Assembly: GCA_963662655.2 (NCBI GenBank)
Contig: CAXXTU010000002.1
Coordinates: 1,536,001 to 1,600,000 of the forward strand
Length of the DNA: 64,000 bases
Source: Candidatus Cloacimonadales bacterium
Lineage (GTDB): Bacteria > Cloacimonadota > Cloacimonadia > Cloacimonadales > JAIOQZ01
Direction: 5' to 3'
Shown here: positions 20,391-30,458 of the stretch, piece by piece
Numbering within the stretch: the stretch's first letter is position 1
Layout: the number at the start of each line of letters is the position of its first letter
The notes under the pieces: model-generated
Told to the model about the DNA's origin: nothing
Seen by the model: the letters and a program-made list of their open reading frames with translations, nothing else
Database searches by the model: none
Made by a program: the position numbers and the translations under genes

Positions 20391-23327
20391 ATGAAAAAGA
20401 AGAGTCTTTTTGTTTTATTATTGCTTGCCGTAACAATGCTTATCGCGTCCGGAGACTTGCCAGACTTCAAGAAAATCATAGAAAATCGACGCCTTCGGGA
20501 GCTGGATGTCTGGAGCACGCAGGATGTTCCATCCAGACAAAACCGCCCCGAGCACAATTTTGACGCGCTCCACTACGATATCGACATCACACTGCTGTTT
20601 GAAACCCTGTCGTTCCAGGTGGATTTAACCGCGGATTTCGAGATACTGGAGGACAACGTGGAAAGCATCACGCTCCATTGCGACGATGCCATACAGATTT
20701 CCGGTATCCAGCAGAGCGATCAGGACGTGGCGTGGAGCCACGAAGATGGTGCGCTACAGGTGAACCTCCTCGAACCGGCTCAAACCGGTGAGATCGTCAC
20801 ACTTCGTTTCGATTACTCGGCCCAGGAATCCACGCGCCTGGAAGACGGACTGAAATACGAGACGCACTCGGGAGTGCCTGTCGCCTTCACCATGTGCTCC
20901 CCCCGAGGAGCCCGGAAATGGCTCATCAGCTACGACCTCCCCGATGACAAGATCGAAGACGTCGATCTGTGGATTACCTACCCCGAAGAATACTCATCCG
21001 CGGCGATCGGCCTGCTTCAAGAAACGATAGACAACGGCGACGGAACCGTTACCGACCACTGGTACGAGGCTTACCCCGTGTGTTCCTACCTGATTTCTCT
21101 CGCCGTAACCAACTACGAGCTCCATACATTCGATTTCACATGGGAAGGGCAAACCATGCCCGTGATGAACTACGTCTATCCCGAAAGCGCGGATAGCCAG
21201 CTCCAGCTCTTCAACCAGTGTGGCGACATGCTCACGTTCTTCTCCAGCATTTACGGCGTTTATCCATTCCTGGATGAGAAATACGGTCACGCGGTATGCA
21301 CGAACCTGGGGGCAACCGCGATGGAGCACCAAACCTGCACGTCCTACAATCCATCTTACATCAACGAAGAGGACGCACCCTACACCGTCGCGCACGAGCT
21401 CTCGCACCACTGGGGCGGAGACTGCCTTTCCATCAGCGATTGGAGCCATGTGTGGCTCAAGGAAGGATTCGCGTCATACTCGGAAGCGCTCTGGGCAGAA
21501 AGCCTGTACGGATCCGAGGGACTCATCGAATACATGGAAGCCTTCGACACGGGAAGTCAGCTTGATCCCAGCCTCTACCGCGATCCCGAAGGAACCGCCA
21601 ACGAGATTTTCAACTGGACGATCTACGCCAAAGGCGCCTGGGCCATGCACATGCTGCGCGGGGTAATCCGCGACGAAGACTTCTTCCAGACGATCGCCGG
21701 CATTCTCGAGGATCCCGACTTTCGCTACGGGAATTTCTCCACCGACGACCTGATGAACTACGCGGAGGATGTCTCGGGGATCGAGCTCGACTGGTTCTTC
21801 GACTGCTGGTACCCCAACGAAGGCAGGCCACGCTACGACTACACCGTATTCGCGCCGGAGATGTACTTCCCCGAGATGCACTGGTACTCCATCGCCATTC
21901 AATCGCAGGGAACCGCCGGCGACGAGTTCACGATGCGAATCCCGATTCGGCAAGGCGCTTTCGACAGCTCCATCCTGGTTGAACCTGGAGCGAATTATAT
22001 TCATACGGGGCTTCAAGTCAGCGGTTGGAATGTTGAGTTCGATCCCGACAGTTGGGTGCTGGACGGCGGCTTCACCGAGCGCCTTCCCATCCTGAACGAA
22101 ATCCCGAGACGCGACGGGAAAGTGATGCTGGTGTGGGATTACTTCTTCGACGACATGGTCGAAGGCTACTGGATTTTTCGCAGCAACGGAGGTGAATTTT
22201 CCAGGCTGAACGAAGAACCGCTCGAAGCGATATCATTCCTCGACGAGGATATCTCCCCCGATTCGCTTTACGCTTATAAAATCTGCGCGGTTCTCAGCGG
22301 AAGCTACTCCGATTTCTCCAACACCATTGTAACGCAGCCGATCGATTATTCGTTCAATAGAGGGATTTTGGTGGTAGATAACACCATGGACTATAGCAGT
22401 CCCACGCTCCCCACGGATGAAGAGATGGATGAGTTTTACGATGATTTGATGAGATATTACGCCTACGACACATGGGATGTCAGCGATCAGGGCTATCCCC
22501 CGCTTTCGGAGATGGGGCGCTACTCGACGATCATCTGGCATGCGGACGATATCCAGCAGTCACCAATCGTCGATGACATCTACCGGCTTCAGAACTACTC
22601 TCTCGCCGGCGGGAAACTGATTATCTCCCAATGCAAGAAGACATCCGCCATGCAGCCCTCCGAGCTGGAAAGTTTTTTCGGGATCGATGCCGTTTATTTC
22701 AACAATCAGCCCGACTTCGTCGCAGCGATCTCGCAGGACGAGGAATACGTCATGGACATCCCCGTCGATACGGATCGACTTCCCCTCCCCAATTGGACGA
22801 ATGCCCTGGGGTACGTCTCGCGCTTCGACGTCGATGAATCCACCGAGGTTATCTTCCGGTACGACTCCATCAACGACGATCCCGCCTGGGAGGGGCAGCC
22901 TTGCGGAATATGGTTGCACGATCCCGAGATCGTCCTGCTCGGGTTTCCGCTTTATCACATGATGGAATTCGAAGCGGAGCATTTCATGCAACACGTCCTG
23001 CACGAATTCGGCGAACTCGAACCGGCGGTGGATGACCAAACCGCACCGGCTTGCGAGATGGAGGTCAAGCTCTACCCCAATCCGTTCAACCCGGAGCTGA
23101 ACATCAGCTTCATGCTCGATCGCGAGGGGGAAACAAGCGTGAGTATTTACAACGTCCGCGGCGAATTAGTTCGTAAATTTGAACCTGAAAGGTTGACAGC
23201 CGGAAGACACACGTATAATTGGGGTGGGAGAAATTCTGCAGGAAACCTCGTTTCCTCCGGAGTTTATTTTGTCAGAGTACACCATGACGGTGTCGAGAGA
23301 ATTTCGAAAGCGTTATTGATCAAGTAA
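20391..23327 (+). CDS. Secreted M1 family aminopeptidase with FlgD-Ig/T9SS-type C-terminal domain
   Basis: Signal peptide, AMEH, HELSHHW...WLKEGFASY (HExxH-x18-E), IYAKGA, C-terminal YPNPFNP...SSGVYF. Confidence 0.88.
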   Translation: MKKKSLFVLLLLAVTMLIASGDLPDFKKIIENRRLRELDVWSTQDVPSRQNRPEHNFDALHYDIDITLLFETLSFQVDLTADFEILEDNVESITLHCDDAIQISGIQQSDQDVAWSHEDGALQVNLLEPAQTGEIVTLRFDYSAQESTRLEDGLKYETHSGVPVAFTMCSPRGARKWLISYDLPDDKIEDVDLWITYPEEYSSAAIGLLQETIDNGDGTVTDHWYEAYPVCSYLISLAVTNYELHTFDFTWEGQTMPVMNYVYPESADSQLQLFNQCGDMLTFFSSIYGVYPFLDEKYGHAVCTNLGATAMEHQTCTSYNPSYINEEDAPYTVAHELSHHWGGDCLSISDWSHVWLKEGFASYSEALWAESLYGSEGLIEYMEAFDTGSQLDPSLYRDPEGTANEIFNWTIYAKGAWAMHMLRGVIRDEDFFQTIAGILEDPDFRYGNFSTDDLMNYAEDVSGIELDWFFDCWYPNEGRPRYDYTVFAPEMYFPEMHWYSIAIQSQGTAGDEFTMRIPIRQGAFDSSILVEPGANYIHTGLQVSGWNVEFDPDSWVLDGGFTERLPILNEIPRRDGKVMLVWDYFFDDMVEGYWIFRSNGGEFSRLNEEPLEAISFLDEDISPDSLYAYKICAVLSGSYSDFSNTIVTQPIDYSFNRGILVVDNTMDYSSPTLPTDEEMDEFYDDLMRYYAYDTWDVSDQGYPPLSEMGRYSTIIWHADDIQQSPIVDDIYRLQNYSLAGGKLIISQCKKTSAMQPSELESFFGIDAVYFNNQPDFVAAISQDEEYVMDIPVDTDRLPLPNWTNALGYVSRFDVDESTEVIFRYDSINDDPAWEGQPCGIWLHDPEIVLLGFPLYHMMEFEAEHFMQHVLHEFGELEPAVDDQTAPACEMEVKLYPNPFNPELNISFMLDREGETSVSIYNVRGELVRKFEPERLTAGRHTYNWGGRNSAGNLVSSGVYFVRVHHDGVERISKALLIK

Positions 23328-23354
23328 ATAGAACCACACAGGAGATATTGGGCT

Positions 23355-25904
23355 ATGGATAGATTCAAGGAGATAACCATGGATCGAGATAAACTAAGGC
23401 TATCACACCTGGTAAAGAATTACGGCGACCTGATGGACGCGGAGTCGCTGGTTCGAGACTTTGCCGACCGGCTGCGATACAGTCTTTGCGCAGATCGTTA
23501 CTCGGCTTCGGCCTACGACTGTTTCACCAGCTTCGCGCTTGCGGTTCGCGATTGCCTCACCGCTCGCTGGATCCGTACGCAGCAGGAGTATTACAACAAG
23601 GACGCCAAGCGCGTTTACTACCTCTCGATGGAATTTCTCACAGGCAGAGCACTCGGTAACGCGGTGACCAACCTCGGTATCTGGAACGAGAGCATCGAAG
23701 CGCTGCACAAGCTTGGCCTGGATTTGGAAGAGCTCCGGGAACTCGAGTGGGACGCCGGGCTTGGAAATGGCGGCCTGGGAAGGCTCGCAGCCTGCTTCCT
23801 CGATTCGATGGCGACACTCCAGCTCCCGGGATACGGATACGGCATTCGCTACGAGTATGGTATCTTCTCGCAAAGGCTTTGGGACGGTTATCAGATCGAA
23901 ACCCCCGACAACTGGCTCCGATATGCGAATCCATGGGAAGTGGAGCGTCCCGAATTCATCTACCCGGTGAAATTCTACGGTCGTCTGAACCAATACCTCG
24001 ACCCGCACGGCAAGTGGAAAGTGGATTGGGTCGACACCCAGGACGTCATGGCCATGGCCTACGACACGCCGATTCCGGGGTACCGCAACAACACAGTGAA
24101 CACCCTGCGCCTGTGGTCATCCAAATCCACCCGCGACTTCAACCTGCAATACTTCAACAGCGGGGACTACATCCGCGCGGTGGAGGAGAAGAACCACTCC
24201 GAAACCATCACGAAAGTACTTTACCCCAACGACAACAACATGCAGGGCAAAGAGCTTCGCCTCAAGCAGGAGTACCTCTTCGTTTCGGCGACACTCCAGG
24301 ATATCCTGCGCCGCTTCGACAAGATACGCAACGACCTTCGCCTCCTTCCCGAGAAAGTCGCCATCCAACTCAACGATACGCATCCTGCGCTGGCGATACC
24401 GGAACTCATGCGTCTCCTCGTCGACGAGCGCGGTGTTCCATGGGACACCGCCTGGGACATCACGAAAAACACCTTTGCATACACGAACCACACCGTACTG
24501 CCGGAAGCGCTCGAACAATGGAGAGTCGACCTGATCGAACGCGTCCTTCCGCGCCACTTGCAGATCATATACGAAATCAATCGCAGATTCATGGACCAGG
24601 TATGGTCAACCTACCCCGGTGACATGATTCGCATGCGCAATATGTCCATCATCGGCGAAGAGCCGGTCAAAACCATCCAGATGGCCAAACTCGCCATCGT
24701 CGGTTCACACTCGGTGAATGGCGTTTCCGCGCTTCACACGGAAATCTTGAAGGAAGATATCTTCAAGACATTCTACAATATGATGCCCGAGAAATTCAAC
24801 AACAAGACCAACGGCATCACCCAGAGACGCTGGCTGAAGCTCTCCAATCCGCGCCTCTCGGAGCTCATCGATTCGGCAATCGGAAACAAATGGACGACAG
24901 ACCTTTACGAACTCAAGAAGCTCGAACCGCTTGCCGACGACGACGTGTTCCGCGATCGCTGGCAGCAGGTGAAGCAGGAGAACAAGATCGAGTTTGCCAA
25001 GTGGGTGGAAGAGACCCACTACACGCGCGTCGATCCCGATTCGATCTTCGATTTCCAGGTCAAGCGCATCCACGAATACAAGCGTCAGCTCCTCAACGTG
25101 CTGCACGTGATCGATCAGTACAACCAGATCCGCATGAATCCGAAGCAGGATTTCGTTCCGCGAACCGTTTTCATCGGCGGAAAAGCTGCGCCGGGCTACC
25201 ACATGGCCAAGCTGGTCATCAAGCTGATCACCTCCGTCGCACACATCGTGAACAACGACCCTCGCGTAAAGGGCAAGCTCCGGCTGGTATTCCTGGTCAA
25301 TTACAACGTTTCCATGGCACAGAGGATTTTCCCGGCGTCCGACCTCTCCGAGCAGATTTCGACCGCCGGTCGTGAAGCCTCCGGAACGGGCAACATGAAG
25401 TTCGCGCTCAACGGAGCGATCACCATCGGTACGCTGGACGGAGCGAATGTTGAAATTCTCGAAGAAGTTGGAGATGATAACATCTTCATCTTCGGATTGA
25501 ACGCCGAAGAAGTGGAAAATACAAAGCGCACAGGATACAATCCGAAGACCTATTACGAGACGAATCTTCGTCTGAAACGCGTCATCGACATGATCCACGA
25601 CGGATATTTCTCACCGGAGAAACCGGACCTGTTCCATCCCATCGTGCACACACTACTCGACAGAGACGAGTACCTCTTGCTCGTCGACTTCGAATCGTAC
25701 ATCAAAACCCAGCGCCTGGTCGACGAGGCCTTCCTGGACAAGGAGCGCTGGCTGAGGATGTCGATTGCCAACGTGGCGAACAGCGGCAAATTCTCCTCGG
25801 ACAGGACCATCCAGGAATACGCGAAAGAGATTTGGGGCGCGACACCCGTCAGCGTTCCCCTGACAGACATCGACAGCATCGAGGAAATCGGAGTAGAAGA
25901 ATGA
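23355..25904 (+). CDS. glgP: Glycogen/starch phosphorylase
   Basis: GLGNGGLGRLAACFLDS, QLNDTHP, KRIHEYKRQ, EASGTGNMKF (PLP lysine). Confidence 0.97.
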   Translation: MDRFKEITMDRDKLRLSHLVKNYGDLMDAESLVRDFADRLRYSLCADRYSASAYDCFTSFALAVRDCLTARWIRTQQEYYNKDAKRVYYLSMEFLTGRALGNAVTNLGIWNESIEALHKLGLDLEELRELEWDAGLGNGGLGRLAACFLDSMATLQLPGYGYGIRYEYGIFSQRLWDGYQIETPDNWLRYANPWEVERPEFIYPVKFYGRLNQYLDPHGKWKVDWVDTQDVMAMAYDTPIPGYRNNTVNTLRLWSSKSTRDFNLQYFNSGDYIRAVEEKNHSETITKVLYPNDNNMQGKELRLKQEYLFVSATLQDILRRFDKIRNDLRLLPEKVAIQLNDTHPALAIPELMRLLVDERGVPWDTAWDITKNTFAYTNHTVLPEALEQWRVDLIERVLPRHLQIIYEINRRFMDQVWSTYPGDMIRMRNMSIIGEEPVKTIQMAKLAIVGSHSVNGVSALHTEILKEDIFKTFYNMMPEKFNNKTNGITQRRWLKLSNPRLSELIDSAIGNKWTTDLYELKKLEPLADDDVFRDRWQQVKQENKIEFAKWVEETHYTRVDPDSIFDFQVKRIHEYKRQLLNVLHVIDQYNQIRMNPKQDFVPRTVFIGGKAAPGYHMAKLVIKLITSVAHIVNNDPRVKGKLRLVFLVNYNVSMAQRIFPASDLSEQISTAGREASGTGNMKFALNGAITIGTLDGANVEILEEVGDDNIFIFGLNAEEVENTKRTGYNPKTYYETNLRLKRVIDMIHDGYFSPEKPDLFHPIVHTLLDRDEYLLLVDFESYIKTQRLVDEAFLDKERWLRMSIANVANSGKFSSDRTIQEYAKEIWGATPVSVPLTDIDSIEEIGVEE

Positions 25905-26911
25905 GAATACTGGTTACAGGTGGCGCAGGCTACATTGGAAGCCACGCCTGTGTCTCATTGCTTGAAACAGGCAATGAAGTCATCGTAGTCGACAACCTTT
26001 CAAATAGCAAAATGGAATCGATCAGCCGTGTCGAGCAGATCACCGGCAAGAACATTCAGTTTCACAAGACCGACCTTCTGGACGCCTCCGGGCTGGACGG
26101 TTTGTTCGAGCGGACGAAGCCGGATGCGGTCATTCACTTCGCGGGTTACAAGGCAGTCGGAGAATCCGTGGCCAAACCCATGATGTATTACCACAACAAC
26201 ATCACCGGAACCATCAATCTGCTGGAGAGCATGAAGAAGCATGGCGTGGATACGCTCATCTTCAGCTCATCCGCCACGGTCTATGGCGATGCGGATCGCG
26301 TCCCGATAACGGAAGACTTCCCCCTGAAGCCGTACAGTCCGTACGGCTGGACCAAGTTCATGATCGAGCAGATGCTCCGTGATCTTCATGCAGCCAATCC
26401 GAACATGAGCATCGTTCTGCTCCGCTACTTCAATCCGGTGGGAGCGCATCCCTCCGGAAATATCGGCGAGGACCCAAACGGCATCCCCAACAACCTGTTC
26501 CCCTACATCTCGCAAGTGCTCATTGGGAAACGCAAAAAACTGCATGTGTTCGGCAACGACTACCCCACTCCCGACGGCACCGGTGTGCGCGACTACATTC
26601 ACGTCATGGACCTCGTTGATGGCCATGTGGTCGCACTGGAGAAATTGCACGGCAAACAGGGGGTTTTCACTTACAATCTCGGGACGGGAATCGGATACAG
26701 CGTTCTGGACATCGTCAAGGCGTACGAAAAGGCTTCCGGGAAAGAGGTCCCCTACAGTTTCACCGAACGACGCAGTGGCGATGTGGCGATTTGCTACTCC
26801 GACCCTTCCAAAGCGAAGGCTGAGCTGAGTTGGGAAACAAGGCGAAGTCTGGAAGACATGTGCGCAGACTCCTGGAAATGGCAGACCCAGAACCCGAAAG
26901 GATATGAATAG
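25901..26911 (+). CDS. galE: UDP-glucose 4-epimerase
   Basis: ILVTGGAGYIGSH, FSSSATVYG, YGWTK, LRYFNPVGAH, DGTGVRDYIHV; ATGA overlap with glgP stop. Confidence 0.96.
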   Translation: MRILVTGGAGYIGSHACVSLLETGNEVIVVDNLSNSKMESISRVEQITGKNIQFHKTDLLDASGLDGLFERTKPDAVIHFAGYKAVGESVAKPMMYYHNNITGTINLLESMKKHGVDTLIFSSSATVYGDADRVPITEDFPLKPYSPYGWTKFMIEQMLRDLHAANPNMSIVLLRYFNPVGAHPSGNIGEDPNGIPNNLFPYISQVLIGKRKKLHVFGNDYPTPDGTGVRDYIHVMDLVDGHVVALEKLHGKQGVFTYNLGTGIGYSVLDIVKAYEKASGKEVPYSFTERRSGDVAICYSDPSKAKAELSWETRRSLEDMCADSWKWQTQNPKGYE

Positions 26912-26937
26912 ATTTCTTTGAAAAAGTAGTTCGTGAA

Positions 26938-27074
26938 CAGATTCGTTCGATCTGCCGCGCAGGCGTGGTGTTACACTTCATGAAGCGCAACATGAAAAGC
27001 ATGTTAGCTGCTGATTAGTATTGCGCTGAATGAAGTGTTATATCCACGGCGGAGCGGGAGATCGGGCGAAGATG
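26938..27074 (+). repeat. Intergenic hairpin element copy 2 (137 nt, divergent)
   Basis: Same terminal boxes; inner stem changed compensatorily to ACACTTCAT/ATGAAGTGT; between convergent genes. Confidence 0.9.
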
Positions 27075-27088
27075 GCACGAACGGATAT

Positions 27089-27871
27089 TCAATCGATCAA
27101 CAGAATCTTCCCGTGATACACCTGTGCGCCTGCATTACATCGATAGAAGTAAACACCTGAAGAAACAGCCCTTCCGCTTACATCTCGCAGATCCCAATGA
27201 ACTGAAGATTGGTCCTTCGCTAGCCGAAGTGTACGGATTTTCTGTCCGATTGTATTGTATATCGTTACACTCCCCGATTGCTGCGATGGCAAGCTGAGCT
27301 TCACGTGAGCCGCGCTTCGAACAGGATTCGGGTAGCAAACAACCTTTCCAGCGCTCAACTCGTTCTCCTCGACGGAATTCTCCGGTTGCAAGGAAATATC
27401 CAGCACCAGAGCCGTATCGACGCCGACAACGATCCCCTCGATGAGTTCTTCCTCATAGCCTTCGGCGTCGCACCGCAAATTGTGAACACCCTCACGGAGG
27501 GTCAGGCAATAGTCGCCGAACAACCCACTCACAACGGTTGCCGTGTCCGCTTCAACCACGGCATTGCGAATCCCGAAACCGCTCTCGGCGTTCCGCACCG
27601 TTCCAACGATGAACGACCGCCCATCGTTGTAGTAGATCGCTCCCTGCGAGCAAGTGCTCATACAGTCGCCGCAACCGTCGCACAGACTTTGGTTGATTCG
27701 CATGGACCCAAGCTCCGAATCGTAATCTATCGCACCATACGCGCAAACGAAATAGCACTCGGCGCATCCGTCACATATCCCTGGATTGACCTGGCAAGTC
27801 TCACGGACAGCTCCGGCAAAAAGCAAGAATCCCAGCACAAGAGGAAACATGATGTGTAGTATTCGCCTCAT
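27089..27871 (-). CDS. Secreted 2x[4Fe-4S] ferredoxin-domain protein with carboxypeptidase-regulatory-like and T9SS-type C-terminal domains
   Basis: Signal-like N-terminus, CDGCAECYFVC and CDGCGDCMSTC, G.VRNAESG..I.NA.V, YPNPV...SSGVYFY. Confidence 0.8.
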   Translation of the reverse strand: MRRILHIMFPLVLGFLLFAGAVRETCQVNPGICDGCAECYFVCAYGAIDYDSELGSMRINQSLCDGCGDCMSTCSQGAIYYNDGRSFIVGTVRNAESGFGIRNAVVEADTATVVSGLFGDYCLTLREGVHNLRCDAEGYEEELIEGIVVGVDTALVLDISLQPENSVEENELSAGKVVCYPNPVRSAAHVKLSLPSQQSGSVTIYNTIGQKIRTLRLAKDQSSVHWDLRDVSGRAVSSGVYFYRCNAGAQVYHGKILLID

Positions 27872-28001
27872 CGCACCCCCATATCCGGAATAAATAATCA
27901 ATTGCAATATCGAGGCCAGTCGCTTGACTGATATCCACTTTATCTCTAAAAAGCGCAGGTACCCCTGCCTGTGCACACAAAGCAAATCCTGATTAAGGCA
28001 C

Positions 28002-28029
28002 AAAAAAAAGCTGCCTTCCAGCAGCTTTT
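28002..28029 (-). terminator. Intrinsic terminator after the che module
   Basis: AAAAGCTGC-6nt-GCAGCTTTT with an A8 run (U tract on the - strand). Confidence 0.7.
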
Positions 28030-28046
28030 CATTATCTTGAAGAGGT

Positions 28047-28466
28047 TTACATCTCTTGAAACAGTATCTTCATGGGCTGGTTGCGGTAAAAGATCATATC
28101 GGAATCAAAACCTTCGTCCCCGCAATCTTTCTCATTAAACACAATTGTTTTGGGGAAAGGCAGAAGCTTGTCGTGGCTGGGATACATCTTTCCAATGAAG
28201 TTTCCGCCGATCATATTCACAATCTCCTGAAGGCAATCGGCGATATCGTCGTTCGTGGGATCCTCCGGCAGCCCGAGGAAGTTGACCGTCAATTCATACG
28301 CCAGATCCTTGCCCAGCAGGATACGAAACCGGAATTCCGGGTCGTCGAAAATCGTGCAATACTTGTAGGACTCTATGATCTCGTCCGGCGGTGTTTCTTC
28401 CACCAGGAAAAACATCTCCTCGAGGATGTTAGAAATCGTATCCCTCAAAACTGTCATCTTCTTCAT
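28047..28466 (-). CDS. CheX-like protein
   Basis: LEEMFF, NFLG, DCLQEIVNMIGGN (ExxN motif); overlaps cheY 3' end. Confidence 0.72.
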   Translation of the reverse strand: MKKMTVLRDTISNILEEMFFLVEETPPDEIIESYKYCTIFDDPEFRFRILLGKDLAYELTVNFLGLPEDPTNDDIADCLQEIVNMIGGNFIGKMYPSHDKLLPFPKTIVFNEKDCGDEGFDSDMIFYRNQPMKILFQEM

Positions 28467-28854
28467 TGAGCACATCTCCTATATCCAAAAGCTTTGTAAG
28501 GTATTCGCGAACTTCTTCGGGTCGGAACGGCTTGTGTAACAGTCCCGCAACTTTATCTCCAAGCACATTGAGGATCTCGTCACTTCTCGTTTCCGATGTG
28601 ATCACCACAATGGGCGTGTATTTGAACATGTCGTTTTTTCTCACTTCATCGACAAAAGTGAATCCATCCATCTCCGGCATATTGATGTCGGTAAATATCA
28701 TATCTACCCAACTCTGGGCAAGCACATCCAATCCTTCAATTCCATTTCCGGCTTCCAGAAATTCAACGTCTCCGATATGACACATGCGGATTACCTTGAT
28801 CATAACTTTTCGAAGTGAGCGCGAGTCATCGACGATCAACAGCTTCAATGACAT
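28429..28854 (-). CDS. CheY-like response regulator
   Basis: IVDDS, EAGNG, TDINMPEMDG, ITSE, HKPF. Confidence 0.9.
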   Translation of the reverse strand: MSLKLLIVDDSRSLRKVMIKVIRMCHIGDVEFLEAGNGIEGLDVLAQSWVDMIFTDINMPEMDGFTFVDEVRKNDMFKYTPIVVITSETRSDEILNVLGDKVAGLLHKPFRPEEVREYLTKLLDIGDVLNEEDDSFEGYDF

Positions 28855-28866
28855 ACGAATAATCTC

Positions 28867-29706
28867 CTAAAGCGTTAAGTTTTCTACCAGATTTTTTATT
28901 TTATCAACAGAGCCGGAGATTATCTGATCCAATTCTCGACTCTTGATATTATACTTGAGCAACAGCGGCTCATAGCCGGCGTACGCTAGCGAATCCTTCG
29001 TGGACTGCTTGCCGATTATGAACGCGATGTAATCCGCGAGCGCTACGATTTGCACATACGGACTATTGCTGCGGTCGGGATTATGATGGAACTTCGCCAC
29101 ATCCGTAATCACCTTCGAGAAATTCCATTTCTTCAAGATCGCCGAGCCGACGACCGGGTGCGTGAAACCAATGATCTTTCTCTCTGCGGTCGTGAAATCG
29201 ATATTCGACTCCTGCACCAGCTTGATGATCTTCTCGAACTCATCCGAGATATACTGGCTCATGATGATCTTTCCGATATCGTGCAGAAGCGCGGACGTGA
29301 ACAACACCGCCTGATCCAGGTTGGGCTCGTACTTCCTGAGATCCTCGGCGATGGTTGCCACGGAAAGCGAGTGCTCCCAGATCTCTCCCTGAATCGTCTC
29401 ATAGCCGGGCATGAACTTCTCGAAATACTTTTTCGCCGCTGAAATCATGATGATGGACGTCATCTGATTCACACCCAGGTAGCTGATGGCTGTCTGCAAA
29501 TCGCTGATTTCCGTACTCTTCGCATAAGCGGCGGAATTCACGACTTTGAGAATGTTCGCGGTAAGGGCAGGATCGTACTTGATCAGATCCGTGAGCTCCC
29601 GCACGCTGAAATCCTCATTTCGAATGATGGTCATAGCCTTTTGGGCTACCTTGCTGAATGGAGGGAGATATTCAATATCCGCGACAATATCAGACATCTT
29701 GATCAT
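28867..29706 (-). CDS. HDOD domain protein
   Basis: LPPFS, DPALTANILKVVNSA, WEHS, LLHDIGK, H..VG..ILKKWNF, FHH.P. Confidence 0.9.
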   Translation of the reverse strand: MIKMSDIVADIEYLPPFSKVAQKAMTIIRNEDFSVRELTDLIKYDPALTANILKVVNSAAYAKSTEISDLQTAISYLGVNQMTSIIMISAAKKYFEKFMPGYETIQGEIWEHSLSVATIAEDLRKYEPNLDQAVLFTSALLHDIGKIIMSQYISDEFEKIIKLVQESNIDFTTAERKIIGFTHPVVGSAILKKWNFSKVITDVAKFHHNPDRSNSPYVQIVALADYIAFIIGKQSTKDSLAYAGYEPLLLKYNIKSRELDQIISGSVDKIKNLVENLTL

Positions 29707-30185
29707 ATCTCATACTCCTCCGAAGAATTCGAGATCACACACTTGCCGGTATCGATATAAAGCTTGACCGTGCGACTCTTGGACCCCCCAACATCTTCGG
29801 ACTTTATCATGATGTTATTACGCCACAATATCTTACGAACCGCCGCGTAATTTCTCTCACCTATATTGAAAAACTTGTTCTTATCCATTACATTACTTCC
29901 GCCAATCACTTTAACAATCACACGTCCGCGTTTCGCTCCAAGCTTGAACAATGACTTGAAAAGAAGGGGCACACCAGTATCAACATATTTGAATGCAACA
30001 AGATTATCTCGGTCTCTCTCAATGGATGAATCCGGAAGCATAACATGAATCATTCCGCCAACTTTCTCTACGGGGTCGTACAAGACTACAGCCACACATG
30101 ATCCCAATGAATAGGTTACAATTGTGTCTTCAGGATTGGCTGATACTTTCATGTCGGCGATATTGACTACAACATATTTAGCCAT
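29703..30185 (-). CDS. cheD: Chemoreceptor glutamine deamidase CheD
   Basis: TYSLGSCVAV, GGMIHVMLP, GG, IGERN, EDVGG..SRT. Confidence 0.9.
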   Translation of the reverse strand: MAKYVVVNIADMKVSANPEDTIVTYSLGSCVAVVLYDPVEKVGGMIHVMLPDSSIERDRDNLVAFKYVDTGVPLLFKSLFKLGAKRGRVIVKVIGGSNVMDKNKFFNIGERNYAAVRKILWRNNIMIKSEDVGGSKSRTVKLYIDTGKCVISNSSEEYEI

Positions 30186-30458
30186 ATTTTTTCCTGACAA
30201 TTATTTGCAGTGACTTAGAAACTATTCAAGTACATCTTAACGTTCCAATCACAGTGTTCATTGTCGGTTTTGTCAATGCAAAAGGGGATTGTAAAGCTTT
30301 TTTTTCAATCCACGCTGCTACAATCTCAAAACAACAAAGTTCTTTGTTTATGAATCTAATGCAAAACGAGCGTTTCCACAACAAATTTTCTTCAAGAATT
30401 CCTTGCTTGTTTTTGTTAGCCTGCTAGGGTTGATGACATCTACAGAACGGAGGTTCGA

